Assembly (NCBI GenBank): GCA_044369465.1
Contig: JBILXG010000001.1
Coordinates: forward strand, 1-32,941
DNA: 32,941 bases
Reading direction: 5' to 3'
Origin: Candidatus Planktophila sp.
Lineage (GTDB): Bacteria > Actinomycetota > Actinomycetes > Nanopelagicales > Nanopelagicaceae
Shown here: positions 1-8,974 of the stretch, piece after piece
Position numbering within the stretch: position 1 is the first letter of the stretch
How the letters are laid out: each line of letters begins with the position of its first letter
Made by a program: the position numbers and the translations under genes
Notes under the pieces: generated by a model
What the model was told of the DNA's origin: nothing
The model's database searches: none
The model's input: only the letters and a program-made list of their open reading frames with translations

Positions 1-96
1 TCCGGAACCTTCACCTTCACCAACTCCGGAACCTTCACCTTCACCAACTCCGGAACCTTCACCTTCACCAACTCCGGAACCTTCACCTTCACCAAC
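1..96 (+). repeat. Four perfect tandem copies of the 24-bp unit TCCGGAACCTTCACCTTCACCAAC (encodes PEPSPSPT)
   Basis: Copies read directly at 1-24, 25-48, 49-72 and 73-96, with degenerate copies after; the array may extend upstream of the window. Confidence 0.95.
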
Positions 97-895
97 TCCA
101 GAACCTGAGCCAACTCCAGAGCCAATGCCGGAGCCAACACCTGAACCTTCTCCAACACCAACGCCAACGCCGGAACCAACACCAACACCAACTCCAATTG
201 TGATCGCGCCACCGCCACCACCTGCGCCAACAATTATTTTTGTTCCTGCGCCAGCTCCAGTATTTATTCCTGCGCCCATAGTTATTCCAGCGCCAGTGAT
301 TGCGCCTGCTCCAGTATCTATTCCGGCTCCAGTAGTGGAAGAGAAGAAGGAAGTTATAAAGGTTGTTGAAACAGTGACAGCCAAAGTTGAGCTTCCTCCT
401 GTGACGATTATTGAACCTCCCGCTTCACCATCAGAAATGACTACTCAAAGCCGCGAAGTTAAGGCTGACGAACCGGTTGTGGAGAAGATGCTCACCAAGA
501 TCGCAGTGCCAAAGCTGCCAACATTTAAAGGGACGGGTCCATTTAAATTTGCGTTGGGATTAGCCGAACAGGGAAGTTCTGTCTCAATTAAAGATCCAGA
601 AATGGCTATTGGCCTCAAGGTCTTTTCTCAGACTCCATCAGTATGCAGAGTTGCTACAACCTTTAATAAGGCAACGGGCAAGTACTCCCTAAGCGTTGTT
701 GGAATTACCAACGGACAATGTCGAATCACTGCCGTAGATAAAGGAAATGATGAGAAGTTCCCAACGGCTACAGAGATAAAGCAGACAATTTCAGGTATCG
801 CGGTGAAGAAGACTGTGAGTGCGAAGGCAGTGAAACCTACGCCGACTCCAAAGCCAGGCATAAAGAAAGCTTCTTATAAGCCGCCTCGAGGATAG
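1..895 (+). CDS. Pro/Thr-rich putative surface or secreted protein, 5'-truncated by the window edge
   Basis: Frame 2 is open from base 2 (PEPSPSPT repeats) through the 125..895 ORF. The PT/PAP linker is followed by a small beta-rich domain with two Cys (SQTPSVC...GQC) and a Lys-rich tail. Confidence 0.8.
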   Translation, partial: PEPSPSPTPEPSPSPTPEPSPSPTPEPSPSPTPEPEPTPEPMPEPTPEPSPTPTPTPEPTPTPTPIVIAPPPPPAPTIIFVPAPAPVFIPAPIVIPAPVIAPAPVSIPAPVVEEKKEVIKVVETVTAKVELPPVTIIEPPASPSEMTTQSREVKADEPVVEKMLTKIAVPKLPTFKGTGPFKFALGLAEQGSSVSIKDPEMAIGLKVFSQTPSVCRVATTFNKATGKYSLSVVGITNGQCRITAVDKGNDEKFPTATEIKQTISGIAVKKTVSAKAVKPTPTPKPGIKKASYKPPRG

Positions 896-902
896 GTAGT
901 GT

Positions 903-1994
903 GTGCCTGTGGCAAAGATTCTTATCGCACCTGACTCATTTAAGGGCAGTGCAACGAGTGCGCAAGTAGCCAAGGCTCTCGCCGATGGCTGGAAGATATC
1001 TCGGCCGAACGATGAGATAGTGATCGCACCCTTTGCAGATGGTGGAGAAGGAACTCTTGATTGTATTGAGAGCGTAACTCCCGGTTCAGTACGAATTCCC
1101 ATTACGGTGCAAGGTGCAACAGGTATTGAACATCAATCATCGTGGTTATTAGTGGGATCAGACACCGCCGTAATTGAGATGGCGACGCTCTGTGGAATTA
1201 CAACGGTAGCTCAATTAGATCCGTTGGGTGCGCACTCTTTTGGTTTGGGTCAGGCGATTAAAGCGGCACTGGCGGATGAACGCGTCAATGAAATTCTTAT
1301 TGCTGTTGGTGGATCAGCCTCTACTGATGCAGGTATGGGTGCACTAACGGCACTTGGATTTAAAGGGCTAGATGCGGATGGAAGAGAGCTTGCTCGTGGT
1401 GGTGGGGATTTACATCGATTAGCTCATGTTGAAACTCCGGCCAATTATCGAAATCTTCCGCGCGGAATCAAAGTATTGGTTGATGTGCAATCACCTCTAA
1501 CCGGACCCAACGGAGCTGCACATATCTTTGGACCACAGAAAGGTGCGGATGTAGATCAGGTACGTTTATTAAATGAAGGACTTCTGCAGTTTCTAAAAGT
1601 TCTATACGTGGAAGACCGTGCAGGCTTTGGCGCAGCCGGGGGAGTCTCGTGCGGATTAGCAGTGTTGCTTGGAGCAACGATTGTCAGTGGAGTAGAAAGT
1701 GTCTCCGCACTCATTGGACTGGAAGAGAAAATACAAGAAGCAGATTGTGTGATTACCGGGGAAGGATCATTTGATGATCAGAGCTACCGCGGCAAAGCAG
1801 TGGGATATTTGTTGGAGTTAGCGGAAGAGATTGAACGTCCAGTGATGATTGCTTGTGGGGTGAATAAGAATGCAGAATTATCTTCTATTCTGAGCCTTAT
1901 TGAACTAGCGCCAACTGTTCAATCAGCGATTGACGATAGCCAGCACTGGTTAATTGAGTGCGGAAAAGTCTTGGCAACGCGCTTTAACCATTGA
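903..1994 (+). CDS. glxK: Glycerate kinase (GlxK/GarK family)
   Basis: Family motifs IAPDSFKGS, ADGGEGT, GGSASTDAG, FGPQKGA, GAAGG and ITGEGSFD. Confidence 0.93.
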   Translation: MPVAKILIAPDSFKGSATSAQVAKALADGWKISRPNDEIVIAPFADGGEGTLDCIESVTPGSVRIPITVQGATGIEHQSSWLLVGSDTAVIEMATLCGITTVAQLDPLGAHSFGLGQAIKAALADERVNEILIAVGGSASTDAGMGALTALGFKGLDADGRELARGGGDLHRLAHVETPANYRNLPRGIKVLVDVQSPLTGPNGAAHIFGPQKGADVDQVRLLNEGLLQFLKVLYVEDRAGFGAAGGVSCGLAVLLGATIVSGVESVSALIGLEEKIQEADCVITGEGSFDDQSYRGKAVGYLLELAEEIERPVMIACGVNKNAELSSILSLIELAPTVQSAIDDSQHWLIECGKVLATRFNH

Positions 1995-2019
1995 TTGCAG
2001 GCTTTTGATCCTATACGAT
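1991..2019 (+). promoter_or_regulatory. Sigma70-type promoter (TTGATT-17-TACGAT) for a leaderless mRNA, overlapped by operator ATCCTATACGAT (2008-2019)
   Basis: -35 at 1991-1996 and -10 at 2014-2019, 6 nt before ATG 2026, with no Shine-Dalgarno. The palindrome recurs upstream of other island operons. Confidence 0.65.
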
Positions 2020-2025
2020 CCTGAG

Positions 2026-3996
2026 ATGAGCAAATCATCGCATCCACGTATATCCATCACAACTCCTTCAACACCAGGAGAGTGGGCTCACCTCGAGCGA
2101 GAGATCATCGACAAACTCAATGCGGCAGCACCAGAGTTCGTTGCGCGGTACACACGCAGTGATGGTTCGTTGATCTGGCGCGATGTGTGGCCAAGTATGG
2201 ATGGATCAGATGATCCGTATGAAGCATTTATGAACTTGGCACTTTTCTATAGCATCGGTGGCAACGAAGAGGTCTATCAACTTGCTCGCAAGATGTGGGA
2301 TGCGATCACGATGCAGTGGACCGAGTACGGACAGATCTATCGCGAGTTCGATGGGTACTACGACTGGATGCACCACGGTGAGGGATATCTCTATCACTAC
2401 TTCTTTGGACTTACGAAGCCAGAGTCGCTCATTGATCGCCAACGCGCAGCACGCTTTGCCAGTTTCTATACCGGTGAAGATAAAGAGGCGAAGAATTACG
2501 ATCCAGTGAAGAAGCAGATGCTCTCTCCGTTAACCGGCAGTAAGGGACCTCGCCAAGTTGTTACTCATGAAGATTGGGAGACCCATCGCACTGTTTTAGA
2601 TGATTATTTGGCTCCGTATGAAGATGTTGTTAAGACAGATTTCTCATCAATGCTCTGTCACTGGTCAGATCCAGAAGTCTATGACGATCTCATCAAGAAG
2701 ATGAATGAGCGAATGAATAGGGGAGATGTCCCACTTAATCTAAATTCAACCTCGCTCTTGACCCATGCCTACATGTATTCACATGATGAAAAGACAAAGC
2801 AGATCGCACTTGATTACATCAAGGCGTGGATGAAACGACGTGATGACAATGGCGGCATCATGCCTGACAACATCGGAACATCTGGTGAAATCGGTGAGTT
2901 TAACGATGGCAAGTGGTGGGGCGGGTATTACGGATGGCGTTGGCCGCATGGCTTTGTGACCATCATGGAGCCAATTACCAATGCGGCGATGAATGCTGTC
3001 TTGATGACAGGTGATTACAGTTATCTCGATCTTCCACGTTCGCAATTTGATCTGATCTGGTCACTGCGTAAAGAAGTAGATGGCGTTACCAAGGTTCCAC
3101 ATCGCCACTTTGATGCAGGTTGGGCTGATTATCGATTTCCATCTGCCCGTCACATGATCTATATCTGGACTACTTCGATGGCGCAAGAAGATCTTGATCG
3201 CATCATGGCCTTGCCGCGTAACAATTGGGATGCTGTCTATATTCCTGGCGTATCTGGGGGAGAGATTGGCGAATCTGGGGGAGAGAAAGGAACTGGGCGA
3301 GATTCCAAGCATTACATCGCAAATACCTTGCCGTGGTTCCAATTTATCCAAGGTCATTTGCCAAACTATCCAACAGAGATCTTGCAGGCAAATCTTGAGC
3401 TTATAAAGATTCAGCTGCACAAGATGCGTTCGAATACTGGAAATCCACGCAACTGGGATTCATACGATCCAGCTACAGCAGATGTTGTTGTGGGACTTGA
3501 TCTGCGTGTTCCCGGATACAACATCCATGCGTGGCAAGAATTTAACCCTGTCTACTTCGAAGGACTTGCGCAGATGCTCTTTGGAGCACCGATGCATATC
3601 TCTCACGGTGGCTTGCAACATGGCAAGGTGCGCTACTTCGATGGCGAGAAGTCACGCCCGGGTCTGCCAGAGGATGTCAGCGCGATGGTCGATCAAGTCA
3701 GCGCTGATGCACTTCGTGTTGTCGTTGCAAACTTGAATAAGAGCGAGTCTCGCACCTTGATCTTGCAGGCAGGTAGCTTTGGTGAGAATCGCTTCGACAA
3801 GGTCACGATCACTGGCGAAGATGGCTCATCTTCAACTCATGATGTGAATTCCAAGTGGCTCACACTCGATTTATCGGCAGGATCTGGTGCAACCCTTAAC
3901 TTCTCATACACTCGCTATGTGAATAAGCCAACCTATGAGACTCCATATTCATCACGTGCTGATTGGGATCCAATCATTACTGGACGTAACCAATGA
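2026..3996 (+). CDS. Large Trp/Tyr/His/Asp-rich cytoplasmic protein of unknown function, possibly an (alpha/alpha)-barrel carbohydrate-active enzyme
   Basis: Long open ORF; start moved from 1954 to ATG 2026 to avoid the glxK overlap and fit the promoter. Motifs GSDDPYE, YDWMHHGEG and WWGGYYGWRWPHG; no signal peptide. Confidence 0.8.
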   Translation: MSKSSHPRISITTPSTPGEWAHLEREIIDKLNAAAPEFVARYTRSDGSLIWRDVWPSMDGSDDPYEAFMNLALFYSIGGNEEVYQLARKMWDAITMQWTEYGQIYREFDGYYDWMHHGEGYLYHYFFGLTKPESLIDRQRAARFASFYTGEDKEAKNYDPVKKQMLSPLTGSKGPRQVVTHEDWETHRTVLDDYLAPYEDVVKTDFSSMLCHWSDPEVYDDLIKKMNERMNRGDVPLNLNSTSLLTHAYMYSHDEKTKQIALDYIKAWMKRRDDNGGIMPDNIGTSGEIGEFNDGKWWGGYYGWRWPHGFVTIMEPITNAAMNAVLMTGDYSYLDLPRSQFDLIWSLRKEVDGVTKVPHRHFDAGWADYRFPSARHMIYIWTTSMAQEDLDRIMALPRNNWDAVYIPGVSGGEIGESGGEKGTGRDSKHYIANTLPWFQFIQGHLPNYPTEILQANLELIKIQLHKMRSNTGNPRNWDSYDPATADVVVGLDLRVPGYNIHAWQEFNPVYFEGLAQMLFGAPMHISHGGLQHGKVRYFDGEKSRPGLPEDVSAMVDQVSADALRVVVANLNKSESRTLILQAGSFGENRFDKVTITGEDGSSSTHDVNSKWLTLDLSAGSGATLNFSYTRYVNKPTYETPYSSRADWDPIITGRNQ

Positions 3997-4886
3997 CAGT
4001 TGTATGGACCCAGTGGCCAGATCTGAATCTGCCTGCAGGCGTCACACATCTGCCTACTGATGGAATCGCTCCTGCGGCTGGAGATCTCGATAAAGTTGAA
4101 TTTTACGTTCCGCGCTACATGGGTGGACCGGCAGCAATTGCGATGATTCCAGATATGAAGGGGTTGAAAGTTATTCAATCTCCAAATGCTGGCGTTGATG
4201 ATGTGCTCAAGATTCGTCCAGAGGGAGTAACTCTTTGTAATGCGGCAGGTGTGCATGATGCATCAACTGCTGAACTCGCCGTTGCGCTAGCAATCGCTTC
4301 TCGCCGTGGCTTTGCTGACTTTGCAATTGACCAAGCGGCACAGCGCTGGGCACATGTCCGCAAGCCATCTCTCTCTGATTCCAATGTGGCAATTGTTGGA
4401 TACGGCAATATCGGCAAGATGATCGGCACGATGCTCGAAAATTTTGAGGTGAACGTCACCGCATTTTCACGATCAGGTAAGGATGGCGCGCTTACATTCG
4501 ATCACTTTGATCGACTGCTTCCTACCTTTGATGTCATCATTTTGATTGTTCCGTTAAATGATCAAACACGACATTTGATGAACGCAGATCGCCTTGCTGC
4601 GATGAAAGATGGGGCAGCCCTGGTCAATGTTGCGCGTGGCCCGGTTGTAGATACGCAGGCGCTGATCGCAGAACTCAATTCAGGGCGAATCACTGCTGGA
4701 CTTGATGTGACAGATCCAGAACCACTTCCATCAGATCATCCGCTATGGAAAGCGCGCAATGTAATTATCACTCCACATGTTGGGGGAGATAGCGAAGCCT
4801 TTACACCTCGTGGGCGAAAGTTGGTAGAAGAGCAATTGGCCAGATATGCATCCGGCCAACCACTTCTTCACATCGTTGCGCAGTAA
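3993..4886 (+). CDS. D-isomer-specific 2-hydroxyacid dehydrogenase, NAD(P)-binding
   Basis: GYGNIG Rossmann motif, NVARG, LDVTDPEP and TPHVGG catalytic motifs. Confidence 0.92.
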   Translation: MTVVWTQWPDLNLPAGVTHLPTDGIAPAAGDLDKVEFYVPRYMGGPAAIAMIPDMKGLKVIQSPNAGVDDVLKIRPEGVTLCNAAGVHDASTAELAVALAIASRRGFADFAIDQAAQRWAHVRKPSLSDSNVAIVGYGNIGKMIGTMLENFEVNVTAFSRSGKDGALTFDHFDRLLPTFDVIILIVPLNDQTRHLMNADRLAAMKDGAALVNVARGPVVDTQALIAELNSGRITAGLDVTDPEPLPSDHPLWKARNVIITPHVGGDSEAFTPRGRKLVEEQLARYASGQPLLHIVAQ

Positions 4887-4919
4887 GTGTTAAAGAACCG
4901 CCACAATCTCTTCGGGTCG

Positions 4920-6038
4920 CTAAAGAACAGCGACCGTGTGCTTATCAATAAAGTCCCAGTCGTATTCAATACATAGACCTTCGCCGACTGGTGCCATCAC
5001 ATAACCATCGACAATGTTGAGCTGTGTCTTTGTTCCAAATTGGAAATCATCGAATGGATAGAGCGTTTCAAAGAATTCACAGTTGCTAATTGCAAGAGAT
5101 GGATGCAACTGCACCTGCTCCAGGCCGTGATAGATCGTGGTGTGTAGTTCGCACTGCACGCCATGAGCTTCAGCTAAGTGAGCAGTCTTCATTACAGCGG
5201 TAATACCTGCACGCCATGAGACATCGGTACGAACGATATCGACGATGCCTTCCTTGATGCAGTGTGCGACGCTGTATTGATTGCCGGCAATAACTTCTGT
5301 GCCACAGATAGGAATATCTAACTTCTCACGAAGTTTCTTAAGTCCATTGAGATTGACATCAAGGAGAGGCTCTTCTAGCCACTTGTATCCCAGACGCTCG
5401 AGTTCGCGACCAGCCTTTAGCGCTTCTTCATAAGAAGCCATGATCACTGGATCTGCCATCAGTGTGAAGTCATCTCCTACAGCCGCGCGTACTGCGCGAT
5501 AGCAAGCAATATCAAGATCAAGGCCCCCTGGTGGGTGCAACTTGTAACCCTTGTAGCCCTTTGCTTTTACTTCTAGTGCTTGTCGTGCGTAATCCTCAGG
5601 ACCATCTAAGAACATGGAAGAGACATATAGCGGAACTTTCTCGCGCGCTGCCCCGAGAATCTTGTAGACAGGAAGGTGGGCCATCTTTCCGACGATGTCC
5701 CAGCATGCATTATCAAAGGGAGCGTATGAGTAGATCGGTACGTGGTTCCAACGACGATCGTAGAGTTCGAAATCCTTCATATTCTTTGCAGAATCATGTG
5801 CGCTGCGGCCGATAAAAAATGGCTTGACCTGTGACATCGTTGCAGCTGCTGCCTTTGCATCCTGTGCGCCGAAACCAAATGAAGTTCCTTGCACGCCATC
5901 TTCGGTTGTGATGGTGACAACTGTGAAGTCGGGGCGGGATCCGCCGGGAAGTTTTACCGCAGCAACTGTGTCGAGTGATTCAAGTTCATCGCCGCCGCGG
6001 CATGCACGAATCTCAATACTCTTTATCTTTGAAAGCAT
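4920..6038 (-). CDS. Mandelate racemase/muconate lactonizing (enolase superfamily) enzyme, probable sugar-acid dehydratase or isomerase
   Basis: DNACWDIVGK...PVYKILG capping motif; metal ligands ADP, EEP and GTE; KLH in place of KxK; C-terminal ELH. Start is ATG 6038 or GTG 6041. Confidence 0.88.
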   Translation of the reverse strand: MLSKIKSIEIRACRGGDELESLDTVAAVKLPGGSRPDFTVVTITTEDGVQGTSFGFGAQDAKAAAATMSQVKPFFIGRSAHDSAKNMKDFELYDRRWNHVPIYSYAPFDNACWDIVGKMAHLPVYKILGAAREKVPLYVSSMFLDGPEDYARQALEVKAKGYKGYKLHPPGGLDLDIACYRAVRAAVGDDFTLMADPVIMASYEEALKAGRELERLGYKWLEEPLLDVNLNGLKKLREKLDIPICGTEVIAGNQYSVAHCIKEGIVDIVRTDVSWRAGITAVMKTAHLAEAHGVQCELHTTIYHGLEQVQLHPSLAISNCEFFETLYPFDDFQFGTKTQLNIVDGYVMAPVGEGLCIEYDWDFIDKHTVAVL

Positions 6039-6059
6039 CACTCACCCTTATCTCTAAAA

Positions 6060-6100
6060 ATCCTATAGGATAATCTAGATCAGGATATAGCCAATTGCAA
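6060..6100 (-). promoter_or_regulatory. Promoter TTGCAA-17-TAGATT followed directly by the perfect palindrome ATCCTATAGGAT (6060-6071), a putative GntR operator
   Basis: On the minus strand, -35 is at 6100-6095 and -10 at 6077-6072; the palindrome overlaps the predicted transcription start. Confidence 0.7.
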
Positions 6101-6114
6101 GGACTTACAGGTAT

Positions 6115-6882
6115 TTAATTTCGAGCAGCGGCAGCTGGTGAAAATCTCTTTAACGATGACTCAATGTGAGCATGCATCGCCGCTTTTGCCGCCTTCGGAT
6201 TTTGCTCAAGGATCGCTTTGGCAATTGCATCGTGTTCTTTGATCGCAAGCTGACCAGAACCGCTCTGGTAATACTTTTCAAATAAATCTTGCACAAACTC
6301 AGCCCGTGATTCACCGTCGATTAAATGAAGTTTATTTGCCATGTATAAGCGGAATAAGTGAAGGTGGCAGTGAGTGCGTTCGTAGAACTCTGCCACGGTG
6401 TTATTGCCCGAGATGCTTGCAACGAGAGTGTGAAAGCGTGAGTCATGCTCAGTCAGCGCCTGGAACTGTCCATCGCCAGCAAATTTCAGGGCAGTCTTGG
6501 CACTCTGCATCTCAGCCTTTAGCGCAGTCTTACCAGTATTGTCGATAACCTTCGCTGCTTGTTCGGCAGCCCAAGGCTCAATCAGTAATCTAAATTGGAA
6601 GAGATCGTTCAACTCTTTGATCGATAGAAGTTCTGTCGCCTTGTAACCCTTCAGCGGTTCTTTAGCAATAAGGCCATCAGATTCGAGGCGAGCAAGGGCT
6701 TCGCGTACCGGTGTCTGAGAAACTTCAAGTTGTACTGAGAGTGAATCAATATTAACGCGAGCACCGGGTTCAATTTCATGATTAAAGATCATCGCTTTAA
6801 TCATGTCGTAGATTTCATCCGACAAAACAGATCTACGGGGAGTGCGCTTAGTGGCGCGGGCGGCGGTCTTCTTTGTTGCCAC
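6115..6882 (-). CDS. GntR-family transcriptional regulator with FCD domain
   Basis: wHTH VSQTPVREALARLESDGLI; FCD motifs R...E, D..FH and EH..I. Confidence 0.95.
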   Translation of the reverse strand: MATKKTAARATKRTPRRSVLSDEIYDMIKAMIFNHEIEPGARVNIDSLSVQLEVSQTPVREALARLESDGLIAKEPLKGYKATELLSIKELNDLFQFRLLIEPWAAEQAAKVIDNTGKTALKAEMQSAKTALKFAGDGQFQALTEHDSRFHTLVASISGNNTVAEFYERTHCHLHLFRLYMANKLHLIDGESRAEFVQDLFEKYYQSGSGQLAIKEHDAIAKAILEQNPKAAKAAMHAHIESSLKRFSPAAAARN

Positions 6883-6920
6883 AGTCAGACCAACCTCTCC
6901 ACTACATACGGAGCAAGTGG

Positions 6921-7670
6921 TTACTTCGGAAGTCGAAGCCCTTGCATGCCGCCATCTACTGCGAGAATTGTGCCAGTAGTTGAAGCCTGTCGGGGACTTG
7001 CGAGGTAGGCAATTGCCGATGCAACCTCTGGGGCATTTACGAGACGTCCCATAGGTTGGCGAGCCTCGAGCGCAGCGCGCTCTGCCACTGGATCTTTAGC
7101 CTGTGAGAGCAAGCGAGCTACCCAAGGAGTATCTGCAGTTCCAGGGTTGACGCAGTTCACGCGGATTCCTTCCTTCACATGATCGGCAGCCATAGCCAAT
7201 GTGAGAGACATAATCGCTCCCTTGCTCGCACTGTAAACGGCACGCTTTGGGATGCCAGCTGTTGCTGCTATAGAACATGTATTAACAATGGCAGGGGACT
7301 TACTCTTGCGAAGAAGTGGCATTGCTGCAGCGCTCACGCGAGATGTACCAACAACATTGATGTTGAGAACTTTATGCCAATCTTCTTCACTGGCATCTTC
7401 AACAGTTCCGGTGGCACCGACTCCAGCGTTATTTGCAAGGATGTCGATGACCTGTGTCTGCTTTGCTAACTCGGCAAATGCTGAGTTCACACTTGCTGGA
7501 TCTCCAATGTCGCAACTAATGAAGTGCGCATACGGGCTCATCGATCCTTCTTGAAGATCAAGTCCATAAACTTTTGCACCGTTGTCGTGGAAGTGTTGAG
7601 CAACAGCTAATCCGATTCCGGATCCTGCGCCAGTGACAACTGCAACTAGCCCCTTGAATTCATCGCTCAT
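6921..7670 (-). CDS. SDR oxidoreductase, probable 2-keto-3-deoxy-L-fuconate 4-dehydrogenase
   Basis: TGAGSGIG, NNAG, YSASK, NCVNPGTADTP and RQPMGR motifs; translationally coupled to the L-fuconate dehydratase gene. Confidence 0.8.
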   Translation of the reverse strand: MSDEFKGLVAVVTGAGSGIGLAVAQHFHDNGAKVYGLDLQEGSMSPYAHFISCDIGDPASVNSAFAELAKQTQVIDILANNAGVGATGTVEDASEEDWHKVLNINVVGTSRVSAAAMPLLRKSKSPAIVNTCSIAATAGIPKRAVYSASKGAIMSLTLAMAADHVKEGIRVNCVNPGTADTPWVARLLSQAKDPVAERAALEARQPMGRLVNAPEVASAIAYLASPRQASTTGTILAVDGGMQGLRLPK

Positions 7671-8974
7671 GAATTTGCCTCGTTCTTCCAGTAAGAGCCA
7701 CTCGGAAAGGTGAACTCATCGATACTCGCTTGATGCATCTCTGCGCTAGCTCCAGGAAGTTGTGGCGCTAAGTAGTAACCACCCTTAACTGAAACTGGTT
7801 CGAGGAAGTGCTGGTGGAGATGGTCCACGAATTCAACAACGCGAGAGCTGTGATGTCCCGAGACGGCCACCGCATCCCACATTGCTAAATGTTGGACCAT
7901 CTCACACAGCCCTACACCCCCTGCATGCGGACATACTGGAACTCCGAACTTGGCAGCCATCAGTATGTTCGCAAGATTTTCGTTCACGCCAGCAACGCGT
8001 GTGGCATCTATCTGCATGACAGAGAAGCCTTTTGCTTGAAGAAGTTGCTTAAAGATGATGCGAGAGCTTGCCATTTCACCTGTAGCAATCGGTGTTGGCG
8101 CAACGGAAGCTGCGATCTTTGCGTGGCCAATGACATCGCTAGGACTTGTTGGCTCCTCAACCCAATGCAATTTGTAATCTTTAAGCGCATTAATCCAGGT
8201 AATTGCGACATCTACATCCCAGACCTGGTTGGCATCAATTGCGATCTTAAAGTCAGGACCGACAAGTTTGCGGACTTTGCCGAGGCGGCGCTGGTCATCT
8301 GCGATTGATTTTCCACACTTATATTTGATGAGTTTGAAACCATCATCCATAGCCTTTTTGGTGAGATCAAGCATCTTCTCATCGGTATAACCAAGCCAGC
8401 CAGGAGAAGTTGTATACGCAGGCACACCCTTAGTGCGCAGAACCTCTTCGTTAGCATCCTTATTTGAGTGCATCCGGTGAAGAATGTCGAGCGCCTCTTC
8501 GCGAGTAAGGGCATCGGTGATGTACCTGAAATCAATCGCGTCAACAATCTGCTCTGGAGTCATATCGGATAAGAGTTTCCAGAGTGGAACACCCTTTGCT
8601 TTAGCAAAGAGATCCCAGAGTGCATTAAGGACCGCACCTGCTGCCATATGGAAGACGCCGTAATCTGGCCCTAACCAGCGAATCTGGCTATCACCACTGA
8701 GTTCACGTGCGATCTGACCGATTCGTGCAAATGCATCTTCAACGGTGAGGCCTTGAACTTTTGATGTGAGCATATTGATAGCAGCGATCTGCACATCGTT
8801 ACCACGACCGATTGTAAAAACTAAAGAGTCACCATGGAGTCCAGCTTTATCGGTGGTGATTCGTAAATACGCTGCCGAATAATCTGGATCCTGGTTCATA
8901 GCATCTGAACCATCAAGCATTTTCGATGTGGGAAAGCGAACATCGAATGATTCGATACCAATAATCTTTGTCAT
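7667..8974 (-). CDS. fucD: L-fuconate dehydratase (ENOSF1/rTS-beta family)
   Basis: Signatures DVRFPTS...DGSDAMN.DPDYSAAY, FTIGRGND, PAYTTS.GWLGY, DANQVW and CPHAGGVGLCE. Confidence 0.92.
   Translation of the reverse strand: MTKIIGIESFDVRFPTSKMLDGSDAMNQDPDYSAAYLRITTDKAGLHGDSLVFTIGRGNDVQIAAINMLTSKVQGLTVEDAFARIGQIARELSGDSQIRWLGPDYGVFHMAAGAVLNALWDLFAKAKGVPLWKLLSDMTPEQIVDAIDFRYITDALTREEALDILHRMHSNKDANEEVLRTKGVPAYTTSPGWLGYTDEKMLDLTKKAMDDGFKLIKYKCGKSIADDQRRLGKVRKLVGPDFKIAIDANQVWDVDVAITWINALKDYKLHWVEEPTSPSDVIGHAKIAASVAPTPIATGEMASSRIIFKQLLQAKGFSVMQIDATRVAGVNENLANILMAAKFGVPVCPHAGGVGLCEMVQHLAMWDAVAVSGHHSSRVVEFVDHLHQHFLEPVSVKGGYYLAPQLPGASAEMHQASIDEFTFPSGSYWKNEANS

Noticed and set aside
1-96. Direct repeats as a possible CRISPR array
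   Set aside because: The units are contiguous with no spacers, are in frame within a Pro-rich CDS, and no cas genes are present.
1954-2025. N-terminal extension of the 680-aa ORF
   Set aside because: It overlaps glxK and spans the promoter/operator; ATG 2026 fits a leaderless start.
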